Origin: Candidatus Adlerbacteria bacterium
Lineage (GTDB): Bacteria > Patescibacteriota > Minisyncoccia > Phycocordibacterales > SBAW01
Direction: 5' to 3'
Assembly (NCBI GenBank): GCA_029288895.1
Contig: JARIGK010000004.1
Location: 77,621-141,620 of the forward strand
Length of the DNA: 64,000 bases
Each line of letters opens with the position of its first letter. Position 1 is the first letter of the stretch. Below, piece after piece: positions 55,956-64,000 of the stretch. The notes under the pieces are model-generated. The model was not told where the DNA came from, did no database searches, and saw nothing but the letters and a program-made list of their open reading frames with translations. The position numbers were made by a program, and so were the translations under genes.

Positions 55956-56555
55956 ATGGATTTAAAGAACAACACGCAGAAAATCAAACTTGGCGTCTCG
56001 GGCGCGGCAGAAACTGGCCACTGCGGTCCTGATGCCTACGATATGGGTCTCGAGCTTGGCCGCCAAATTGCAAGACAGGGCGCTATTTTGCTGACAGGTG
56101 CAACAACTGGCTTCCCAATGTGGTCGGCCATGGGCGCTACAGAAGCGGGCGGTATTTCTGTGGGCCTCTCGCCGGCCGCCACGCCGCGCGAACATATCGA
56201 AACATACAACTTGCCACTGGAATATATGGACATGGTGCTTTACACCGGCTTTGGGTACCCTGGCCGCGACATTATCTTTACGCATTCGACAGACGCCATG
56301 CTCTTTGGCTGCGGCCGCATCGGTACCATCCACGAATTTACTGTGGCCTTTGAGGATGGCAAACCCATTGGCGTGCTCCAGGGCAGCTGGGAGACAGACG
56401 AGGTGATTAAAGACATCTTGGAAGGCGGCCACCGCCCCAACGATCTCATCGTTTTTGAAAGTGACCCACAAGTACTTGTAGAAAAGGTTATTGAAAAGGT
56501 CAAAAAGCAAAAAGCCGCCCAATTGGCGGCCCTTACTGCAACTCCTGTTGCCTAG
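55956..56555 (+). CDS. LOG/SLOG-family nucleotide-binding protein
   Basis: TGATTGFP, GLSPA, YTGFGY.GR, GRIGTIHEF. Confidence 0.8.
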   Translation: MDLKNNTQKIKLGVSGAAETGHCGPDAYDMGLELGRQIARQGAILLTGATTGFPMWSAMGATEAGGISVGLSPAATPREHIETYNLPLEYMDMVLYTGFGYPGRDIIFTHSTDAMLFGCGRIGTIHEFTVAFEDGKPIGVLQGSWETDEVIKDILEGGHRPNDLIVFESDPQVLVEKVIEKVKKQKAAQLAALTATPVA

Positions 56556-56556
56556 A

Positions 56557-56907
56557 TTACTTAACTTTTGAGACGACCTTTGCGAAGGTGGCAGGGGACT
56601 GCTCTGCGAGTGCCGAGAGCATTTTGCGGTTAAGCGCAATATTGCTCTTCTTGAGCGCACCAATAAACTTGCTGTACGAAAGAGTTTCGCCCATGGTGTC
56701 GAGGCCTGCGTTGATGCGGACGTTCCAGAGGCGGCGGAAGTCGTTCTTCTTGTCGCGGCGGTGCGCAAATGCGTACTTGCCAGCGTGGAAGATAGCTTCG
56801 CGTGCAGCCTTTGTCTTCTTGCTGCGGGCAAAGCGGTAGCCCTTGGTCATCGCCAAGATATTCTTGCGGCGCTTTGTTGTATTTGTACCTCCTTTTACGC
56901 GTGCCAT
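56557..56907 (-). CDS. rplT: 50S ribosomal protein L20
   Basis: MARVK, FRRLW..RINA, LNRKMLS. Confidence 0.98.
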   Translation of the reverse strand: MARVKGGTNTTKRRKNILAMTKGYRFARSKKTKAAREAIFHAGKYAFAHRRDKKNDFRRLWNVRINAGLDTMGETLSYSKFIGALKKSNIALNRKMLSALAEQSPATFAKVVSKVK

Positions 56908-56926
56908 GGTAGTTCGTTATTAAAAA

Positions 56927-57127
56927 TTAGTTCTTAGACGGTGATGCGGTACCGATGTAGCGCTGCGAGACCTTCGGAGAGAGAGTCAACTGCTGCGAAC
57001 GGCGGCCTGCCATCTGGGTCGAGCGGCCTTCCTTTGCGTTGAAATGGTTCTGGCCCGGCTTGCGCGCAACAATCTTCCCCGTACGGGTGATCTTAATGCG
57101 CTTCGTAAATGACTTGTTGGTCTTCAT
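56927..57127 (-). CDS. rpmI: 50S ribosomal protein L35
   Basis: MKTNKS..KRIKIT.TGK; synteny infC-rpmI-rplT. Confidence 0.93.
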   Translation of the reverse strand: MKTNKSFTKRIKITRTGKIVARKPGQNHFNAKEGRSTQMAGRRSQQLTLSPKVSQRYIGTASPSKN

Positions 57128-57136
57128 ATAGATTTT

Positions 57137-57652
57137 CTAGGATTTCTTGCCGGACTTTTCGATAACACAGGTCAGGCCTTTGGGGCTTTTCGTAACGGGG
57201 TCGCTGATCTTAAACTCGGCCGGGATGATGTTCAAAAATCGCTCCAGGCGCTCCTTCAAGAACGCAAACTCCATGTACTTGTACCGCCCCCACAAAAACA
57301 AGTCGACCTTAACGCGATGGCCTTCGCCCAGCCATTCTGCGGCCCTTTTGGCCTTGAGCATCATGTCATTTTCGCCGGTGCCTATCTTTACCTGGACCGA
57401 TTTAGTCTCGGTGGTATGGGATTTGGCCTTTATTTCACGGCGCCGTTTCTCTTGTTCGTATTGGAATTTACCATATTCCATTATTTTTGCAACGGGCGGG
57501 TTGGCATTGGGGGAGATCTCGATAAGGTCCAACCCGGCCTCTTGGGCCTGGGCAATAGCCTCAGACAAGGGGATAACGCCGATGTTCTCTCCTTCGGGGC
57601 CTATGACGCGTACCTCCTGGGCGCGTATTTGGTGGTTGATGCGGGTATCCAA
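57137..57652 (-). CDS. infC: Translation initiation factor IF-3 (TTG start)
   Basis: IN.QIRA.EVRVI, LDLIEISPNA.PPVAKIM.YGK. Confidence 0.97.
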   Translation of the reverse strand: MDTRINHQIRAQEVRVIGPEGENIGVIPLSEAIAQAQEAGLDLIEISPNANPPVAKIMEYGKFQYEQEKRRREIKAKSHTTETKSVQVKIGTGENDMMLKAKRAAEWLGEGHRVKVDLFLWGRYKYMEFAFLKERLERFLNIIPAEFKISDPVTKSPKGLTCVIEKSGKKS

Positions 57653-57774
57653 GGTAGTTTCTTAGTGAATTGCAGTATAGCACACAGCCCTTTTCCTGTC
57701 TGTTTCATAGATTTTTTAGACGATAGGGTACAATAGCGTAGTGAAAGACTACTCGTGCGCACCCGTCTATATAT

Positions 57775-58311
57775 ATGGAGGACAGTAAAGACGCATTCTC
57801 CCGCATATTTGAGGCCCATTCTGATGAGCTGTTCAGGCATGCGTTCCTTCGTCTGTCCGACCGCGAACGCGCGCTCGAGCTGACTCAGGAGACCTTCCTT
57901 AAGGCATGGAACTATGTCGTCGAGGGAGGGGATGTGCGGCAATACCGTTCCTTCTTGTACCGTATCTTAAACAACCTCATCATCGATGAGTACAGGAAGC
58001 ACAAGAGCCAGTCACTGGATGCCATGCTCGAAAATGAGGAAACCAGCACCCAGGTGGAGGCTGAACTGTTGCGCGACGACACTGATGAGTTGGAAGCGGC
58101 AGTTGTCCGCTTCGACAGTGCCCGCGCTGTGGCGGCGCTTGCCAATGTGGGCGAGGCGTACCGGAGCGTGCTTGTGATGCGCTACATCGATGGCCTCTCG
58201 CCAAAGGAGATTGCAGAAAGCCTTGGCGAAAGCGAAAATACAGTATCGGTCCGCATCCACCGCGGTATTAAAAAACTGCAAACCCTGCTCGAAGACCCCA
58301 AACTCCAATGA
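57775..58311 (+). CDS. ECF RNA polymerase sigma factor
   Basis: ELTQETFLKAW, FLYRI.NN.IID.YRK, SPKEIAE.LG.SENTV.VRIHRG. Confidence 0.95.
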   Translation: MEDSKDAFSRIFEAHSDELFRHAFLRLSDRERALELTQETFLKAWNYVVEGGDVRQYRSFLYRILNNLIIDEYRKHKSQSLDAMLENEETSTQVEAELLRDDTDELEAAVVRFDSARAVAALANVGEAYRSVLVMRYIDGLSPKEIAESLGESENTVSVRIHRGIKKLQTLLEDPKLQ

Positions 58312-59234
58312 GTAACCTACAACGACAACTTCAAAATGAAACGCGCGATATGCGCATGACCGATGCAGAAAAGGCGGCGATGCGCGCGCGTCTTGTTGCT
58401 GCCATGACACCTGCGCGTTCCGTACCGCACAAGAGTCCATACCAGTGGATGTTTTATACACGCACAGTCGCAACATTTGCGCTCGTGCTTGTAATTATTG
58501 TCTCGACGGGTACCGCGTACGCGGCAGAAGGTGCGTTGCCGGGTGCGACGCTCTACCCGATCAAAACAAATGTCATAGAGCCATTGACGGTGGCGCTTGC
58601 CACAACGCCTGCAGCAAAAGCAGAAGCAAACGCAACTATCGCAGCAACGCGTGTTGAAGAAGCGCAGACGCTTGCCGCACAAGGCAACCTTACGCCAGAC
58701 GTTGCAAAAGTAATTTCTGAAAACTACACCGTCCACGCAACCGCAGCGCTTGCCCTTGCTGCAGACGCTGATGGCGAAGGTTCTACCGAGCCTGCGCAAG
58801 ATTCCTCCAGCGGTTCTGGGGAACCGGGAGGGAATCCTGCTTCGGCATCCGCAACAGCAGGGGAGCCGCGACAAGGTCTTGCTACGGCATCAGTGAAGTC
58901 TGATGATGGGACCGATGCGGTAACGTCAGAAGTGACGGGCGGTGTGGGTGGCGAAGTCGCTGTCGCACCGCAGGCTAAAGTGATGTCACTATCGCTTGGG
59001 TTGGCTACGGGCGCATCAAACACGGCAACTGCAACCGCATCGACGACTGCACCGAAAGCCCCAACAAGTTTTGCACGCAAAGCATCAACCACCGTGCTTA
59101 TGGCAACAGCTACTACGACTGCGACATCAACCAACAGCCTTTCGCACCGCATCCGTGCAACGCTCTCGACCCAGGCAAAAATCTTGGACTCCCTCAATGT
59201 CGAGGTGGGGATTTCGATGAAGCATTTAAAATAA
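58308..59234 (+). CDS. Putative anti-sigma membrane protein (DUF5667-like)
   Basis: ATGA overlap with sigma; TM then AEGALPG..LYPIK. Confidence 0.7.
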   Translation: MSNLQRQLQNETRDMRMTDAEKAAMRARLVAAMTPARSVPHKSPYQWMFYTRTVATFALVLVIIVSTGTAYAAEGALPGATLYPIKTNVIEPLTVALATTPAAKAEANATIAATRVEEAQTLAAQGNLTPDVAKVISENYTVHATAALALAADADGEGSTEPAQDSSSGSGEPGGNPASASATAGEPRQGLATASVKSDDGTDAVTSEVTGGVGGEVAVAPQAKVMSLSLGLATGASNTATATASTTAPKAPTSFARKASTTVLMATATTTATSTNSLSHRIRATLSTQAKILDSLNVEVGISMKHLK

Positions 59235-59254
59235 GGCCTATATACTGGTAGGTA

Positions 59255-60637
59255 ATGGCCGATCAAGCCGCATTGCCGTCTATACCGACGCTGCTTTCGC
59301 ACACCCGTGCACTCTTTCGCGGCCGCGTTGTTTCTACTCTTATATATATTCTCCTGGCTGCTATTGTCGCTACTGCACTCGGCATCAGCGGCCTTTTTGT
59401 ATATAGGGCATCATGGGGCGCAGAAATTTTCATCGCACTCTTTGTTATCTACGTGTGTGTGCTGCTGCGCTTCTTTGCAGCACTTCTGACAGATTTCGCA
59501 TCACCTATGCCACTTGGCGCCTGGGGTGCCCTCCGCGCGTCGAAGGGGAAGAGAGCGCTCCGCGTTGTCGGTGCCACGGCTGCATACTTCTGTGTTGTCT
59601 TGGGCGGGCTCGTACTCTTCCTTGTGCCCGGCATCGTAGCAGCAGTTGTCTTTATAGCCGCACCATTTTTCATCGCCTCAGGTGAAGAGCTGAGCATTAC
59701 TGCGGCGTTTTGGAAAAGCTATAGCTCTGTGCGTCTCGCATGGCGCGGCGTCTTTATACGGCTCGCATTTGGCGTCTTAGCGCTTGTGCTGTTTGCGCAA
59801 GCGTCGCACACGGCAGGCATCCTCGTGCCACACTATGAGCACAACGCCATTGGCGTATGGTTCTTACTTTCGCTACAACCATTCCTCAACTTGTGTATCG
59901 CACTGTTGTCCGTAGTCTATGTTGCGACACTCTCAATGCACGTCAAAATGGCAGCTGCGGCGCAGCCTCTTGCTGTACAGCAGGGAGGGAAGGGATTGCT
60001 CTACACCATGGGTGCCATCGGGGCTATAAGTTTCCTTGTGTTGCCGGTGCTGTTGGCCGCGTACAACATTGGGCAAAACAGTTTGCTGTTGCGAGAGTAT
60101 GCAGCACTTGGCTTGCAGTTGCCCGACAGAGATACCCGCGTGTTTGCATCGCACCGCTTTGGCGTGATGTTTTCGTACCCAGCAAGCTGGAGTGATGGCA
60201 CGCTTGCAGAAACGGCATCCACAGACGGCCACACCGTAATTTACCTTGTCCATAACGACTTGGGCGGCTACACCAAAAAATTTATCCTGCGAAAGTTTTT
60301 GACGAAGCAAAGCGTTGCGCAGTTTGCAGCAGGGTATGAAGCAGAAGTCACAAAGAAGGGTGATGTTATTACAAACAAAAGCACTGCGGGCGGTGTCTAC
60401 TCAGCTGTTGTTATAGAGACGGTGCCGGCGCAGGGCTCGATGCCTGCGGTGCGCGAAGCGCATGACATTATCGTCTTCCCGGGCTCGATGTTCCGTTCAA
60501 ATGGTATGTACACGGTCGACTTCTACGACAAAGCGGATGTGTACCTCAGAGATTTTGCCTCGGTATTCGACACTATTTCAAGCACTATGACGGGCATTGT
60601 GCCGGCAGATGTGCCTGATACACACGAAGGACGATAA
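59255..60637 (+). CDS. Multi-pass membrane protein with extracellular C-terminal domain
   Basis: About 6-7 TMs, LVLFLVPGI motif, FSYPASW (PsbP-like). Confidence 0.75.
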   Translation: MADQAALPSIPTLLSHTRALFRGRVVSTLIYILLAAIVATALGISGLFVYRASWGAEIFIALFVIYVCVLLRFFAALLTDFASPMPLGAWGALRASKGKRALRVVGATAAYFCVVLGGLVLFLVPGIVAAVVFIAAPFFIASGEELSITAAFWKSYSSVRLAWRGVFIRLAFGVLALVLFAQASHTAGILVPHYEHNAIGVWFLLSLQPFLNLCIALLSVVYVATLSMHVKMAAAAQPLAVQQGGKGLLYTMGAIGAISFLVLPVLLAAYNIGQNSLLLREYAALGLQLPDRDTRVFASHRFGVMFSYPASWSDGTLAETASTDGHTVIYLVHNDLGGYTKKFILRKFLTKQSVAQFAAGYEAEVTKKGDVITNKSTAGGVYSAVVIETVPAQGSMPAVREAHDIIVFPGSMFRSNGMYTVDFYDKADVYLRDFASVFDTISSTMTGIVPADVPDTHEGR

Positions 60638-60638
60638 T

Positions 60639-62774
60639 ATGAAAAAAATTCCACTACACACTCTTTCAATACTCGTTGCAGCAGCTCTTCTTGTTGTAGT
60701 TGTCCCGTATGTGCACGCGCAAGATGAGGATGGGGGAAGTAACGATAGCGCAAACGTTGATTACAACAACTACGGCGACTCGGGAGGCAATCCCGGTGCC
60801 GTTGATAGTGGCATTCCAACCGCGGCTAGTGAAGTCGATTACAACAATTATGGCGACAGCGGTGGCACTACTATATTCCAAAGTCAACCAATAAATACGA
60901 ATTTTACTGAGCCTGACAATACGCAAGTTGATTTTCCTCCTCAAGAAGAAATTTCATATCCTCCTCAGGAACCAAGTGTAGACGCGTCTTCCAATGCGTG
61001 GTTCTCTAACCCAGACTTTGCAAGTGATGGAAGTGCTAGCTACTACCCGCAGCAGACCGCCGACTATCCGCAAGAAGAGATTACCTATCCACCTGAACCT
61101 ACGCCTATATATGTGCCACCGGACGCAACCCCGGTTGTAAATGGCCAATACCAGGAAGATCAAAACAAAGCGGCAGGTGGTTCAAATGGTGCAAACGGCT
61201 ATTATCAAGAAGACCAGAGTGAAGCGAGCGGTGGTAGAAACGGCGCAAATGGTTACTACCAAGAAGACCAAAATAGCGCTGCGGGTGGTCCGTACGCTAA
61301 TAACACCGGTGGCTCCGATCAACGTTACTATCAGGAAGATCAAAACAGTGCCGCAGGCGCACCTCTACCAGGTACACAATACAAAGTCGACCCTTCAACA
61401 TACGTTGGCTGTGCCCAGGGTGATTGTGGGCCGGGCGATGGTGTTGGCCACAGTGAACCAATGCCGCCTTCAAAGGATGGCACGACGAATAAAGATGGTG
61501 ATAAGTTTGTTCCAGCTCCTTCATCTGATAATAAAACCGATAATGCGGGAGATATTCGCACTGCAGGCGACCGCGATTTAAATGGGTATGGACCGTCGTC
61601 GCCTTCAGAACAGCAGGCTCCATCAACTGTTGCTAAAGCTGCAACAACGATTGCCGCAGGTCTTGATACGCTCTTTGGCCGCGACGTGGTAGCAAATGAT
61701 TCGAAACCTGCTTCATCAAACGCTGGCAATGGTGGAGGAAATATTACGTACGTGAACTTGACGCAAGATGGCACAGGCCTTCTTTCGCTGCCAGCGGGCC
61801 AGACACCACCTCCGGGATACACGCGCGTGTACACAACATCTGATGGTGGTATAACGACAGACTCGAAGTTAGCCGCATCGACAGACCCTCGTACTGCAGG
61901 TGACCGCGACTTAAATGGATATAACGGAAATGGGAATGCAGGAGCGGCACCGAAATACAATTCGATTGGTGAATTGATCGACAACCTCCCGAACAAAGGC
62001 GTAACAAACACGAGCAATAATTCGTCGGCAGGGACTGCTGTGGAGCCATCGAAGGCACTTGTTTCGCAAGCGTATCTCTTTGGTGGCACGGGTGGTGCGG
62101 CCACTGTCGTCGATGCATACAAGCCGATACTTGAAGCTCAGTATAAAGAGATTGCCGTTGCATCGCCCAGCGCAAAACTTCCGCCGTTTAGCAGCCTTTC
62201 AGGATGGCAACTTGCGGGCTTGAAAGATACTATCGAAAACCATAATGGTGATACTGCAGCGGTGGCCGCTGTACTTAACGGCGCAACCAACACAACAGTG
62301 TCGCCAAGTGCAGCGTCTTCGGGCGGGCAGATACCCAACACGGTTCCAGGTGCACCAGCGTATAGCGATATTAAATATGTTCCACCATCGACTCCTACAT
62401 ATCAAGGGCCTACGGGTACAGGCGAAGTGACAGACCGGGGCCCTTCAGCTCCTAAACCTGCATCCCCATCGTCGAAACCTGCTGGCCCAGTATGGACAGG
62501 AGAAGGTGATACAAAGCAACCAACTTCGCCTACTGGTCCTGTGGGTTCAGGAGGAATAGGTGAACAGGATGTTGGTAAAACAGGCAATCTTGGAACGCCT
62601 CCTGTGTCTGGTAAACCTGTGGGTTCAGGAGGAATAGGTGAACAAGATGTCGGCCGCGGCACAAACACACCTCCTGCCACTACTCCTGCTACGTTCACAC
62701 CTCCACCGTCAAGTTTTAGTCAAAGGTTAATAAAGGTGGGTGCATGCTTTATCAGCTTCATGTGCGATTACTAA
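60639..62774 (+). CDS. Secreted low-complexity protein with internal repeats
   Basis: Signal peptide; repeats VDYNNYGDSGG, YQEDQ, RTAGDRDLNGY, PVGSGGIGEQDVG. Confidence 0.8.
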   Translation: MKKIPLHTLSILVAAALLVVVVPYVHAQDEDGGSNDSANVDYNNYGDSGGNPGAVDSGIPTAASEVDYNNYGDSGGTTIFQSQPINTNFTEPDNTQVDFPPQEEISYPPQEPSVDASSNAWFSNPDFASDGSASYYPQQTADYPQEEITYPPEPTPIYVPPDATPVVNGQYQEDQNKAAGGSNGANGYYQEDQSEASGGRNGANGYYQEDQNSAAGGPYANNTGGSDQRYYQEDQNSAAGAPLPGTQYKVDPSTYVGCAQGDCGPGDGVGHSEPMPPSKDGTTNKDGDKFVPAPSSDNKTDNAGDIRTAGDRDLNGYGPSSPSEQQAPSTVAKAATTIAAGLDTLFGRDVVANDSKPASSNAGNGGGNITYVNLTQDGTGLLSLPAGQTPPPGYTRVYTTSDGGITTDSKLAASTDPRTAGDRDLNGYNGNGNAGAAPKYNSIGELIDNLPNKGVTNTSNNSSAGTAVEPSKALVSQAYLFGGTGGAATVVDAYKPILEAQYKEIAVASPSAKLPPFSSLSGWQLAGLKDTIENHNGDTAAVAAVLNGATNTTVSPSAASSGGQIPNTVPGAPAYSDIKYVPPSTPTYQGPTGTGEVTDRGPSAPKPASPSSKPAGPVWTGEGDTKQPTSPTGPVGSGGIGEQDVGKTGNLGTPPVSGKPVGSGGIGEQDVGRGTNTPPATTPATFTPPPSSFSQRLIKVGACFISFMCDY

Positions 62775-62789
62775 GCTGATATGAAATAC

Positions 62790-62817
62790 AAAAACTCCCC
62801 CGCTTGGGGGAGTTTTT
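62790..62817. terminator. Bidirectional terminator
   Basis: AAAAACTCCCCC-GCTT-GGGGGAGTTTTT. Confidence 0.85.
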
Positions 62818-62839
62818 AGTAGGAGGGAAGAGAGTGTAA

Positions 62840-63469
62840 TTAGTTGGTCTTGAAGGTTGTAGGCCACGTGACCGAAACACCGGATGGGCCGATCGATTCG
62901 ATCATGTAGTAGTACGTCGTGCTTGCAGTGGTGTTGGTCAAGCCAAGCGAGTTGTTGGTGCCTGCGCCGGTCGTCATGCTCATGACGCCCGAGCCGCTGA
63001 TGTTCGGAGCTTTGCCAGGGCCGGTCGCTTCCGTCACAACCAGCGGCGAGGTGCTGTAGTAGACAACACCGGTTGCGGTCTGGTTGGTGTTCCAGAGCAC
63101 GTTCATGCCGCTGTTGTTTGGTGCCAACGTAACGTTCGAGATAATTGGTGCGCCGCCAACAGATGCGGTGCCGCCGTAGACCTCGTTAAATTTGGCGATA
63201 GTCATAGGGCCGACACGACCAACCTGCGGCAAACCGTACTTCGCCTGGAAGCGCGACACTGCGGCTGCTGTCATCGAGCCGAAGTAGCCCGTGACCAAAC
63301 CCTGCGGGTATATAGACGAGTCTGTTGCAAGCGTCTGCTGCAGTGTTGTCACATCAGCGTTGCGCGAGCCGACACTCATCTGGCTGGAGATGGATGCCGC
63401 AAGCGCAGGGGCAGCAAAGGAAAGTGCTGCAATGGCGCCAACGAGAGAAAGAGCGAATTGCTTTTTCAT
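62840..63469 (-). CDS. Secreted peptidoglycan-binding + FN3-like protein
   Basis: Signal peptide; DVTTLQ..L...IYPQGLVTGYFG.MT..AV.RFQ...GRVGP.T. Confidence 0.85.
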   Translation of the reverse strand: MKKQFALSLVGAIAALSFAAPALAASISSQMSVGSRNADVTTLQQTLATDSSIYPQGLVTGYFGSMTAAAVSRFQAKYGLPQVGRVGPMTIAKFNEVYGGTASVGGAPIISNVTLAPNNSGMNVLWNTNQTATGVVYYSTSPLVVTEATGPGKAPNISGSGVMSMTTGAGTNNSLGLTNTTASTTYYYMIESIGPSGVSVTWPTTFKTN

Positions 63470-63640
63470 AAATATTTTATTAATAACGGCTAATGGGTAA
63501 CCTACTCGCACGCGGATACTGACGAGCAGATGATTGATTCATTACACGCATCCGTTCGTCTTAATACAAAGCTCATCAATAGCTTGCTACACCTATAGAG
63601 GCGTGAACAAATTACATCGTGCACTAATCTATTTTTTCGT

Positions 63641-63913
63641 ATGGCAACGATTATCGACGACAATGCAGCGGTCGTAGAACGCGTGCGCAGTGAGGATTCG
63701 TCTTCGGGCTGGATCGTGGCAATCGTGATACTGCTCTTGGTTATAGTGGGTGGCGTGTTTGCATGGATGCGCTACCACCCGCGCACAGCAGCGCCTGCAT
63801 CAAACGGCGGCGCAAGCATCAACGTGACGCTCCCGGCGGGCGGCGGTTCGAACGCGGGCGGCTCAAGTGGTGGCACTACTGGCAGTTCTAATTCTGGCGG
63901 AAGCGCCCAATAA
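63641..63913 (+). CDS. Small single-pass membrane protein
   Basis: GWIVAIVILLLVIVGGVFAW TM; Gly/Ser tail. Confidence 0.75.
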   Translation: MATIIDDNAAVVERVRSEDSSSGWIVAIVILLLVIVGGVFAWMRYHPRTAAPASNGGASINVTLPAGGGSNAGGSSGGTTGSSNSGGSAQ

Positions 63914-63914
63914 T

Positions 63915-64000
63915 ATGTTGGCATTCCTTGGCTCGTATGCGCTCGCGTCGTTCCTTGGAGGCGGCATTATCTTGGCCCTTATCATCTACTTCCTCTTCTT
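63915..64000 (+). CDS. Hydrophobic ORF, 3'-truncated by window edge
   Basis: MLAFLGSYALASFLGGGIILALIIYFLF..., starts 1 nt after previous stop. Confidence 0.5.
   Translation, partial: MLAFLGSYALASFLGGGIILALIIYFLF

Overview
Chromosomal window from a reduced-genome bacterium, most likely Patescibacteria/CPR (Parcubacteria-like). This is inferred from rpmD/L30 missing between rpsE and rplO, divergent r-proteins, many peptidoglycan-binding/Ig-like surface proteins, comEC and a PilB-like ATPase. It carries core genes (hup, rny, clpP, tig, ppa, nusA, tpiA, pgk, recJ, rnhA, comEC, sod, rpmB, str/S10/spc clusters, secY, gmk, adk, map, ndk, infC-rpmI-rplT, an ECF sigma) interleaved with many orphan ORFs. 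I recognised no tRNA, rRNA, CRISPR array, transposase or integrase. Main unexplained structure: (1) four small orphan ORFs (6360-8033) separated by three copies of a covarying double-hairpin with an invariant CCTCTCTATTGAG core, divergent from a TrmB-like regulator; (2) orphan 'cassettes' inside ribosomal operons delimited by near-identical duplicated terminator hairpins (five ORFs between rplE and rpsN, one between rplB and rpsS); (3) a compact 6S-like RNA at about 54389-54510; (4) apparently leaderless housekeeping genes versus strong Shine-Dalgarno sites at orphans; (5) candidate r-protein leaders and several small ORFs absent from the ORF track. All calls are by eye, without database searches.
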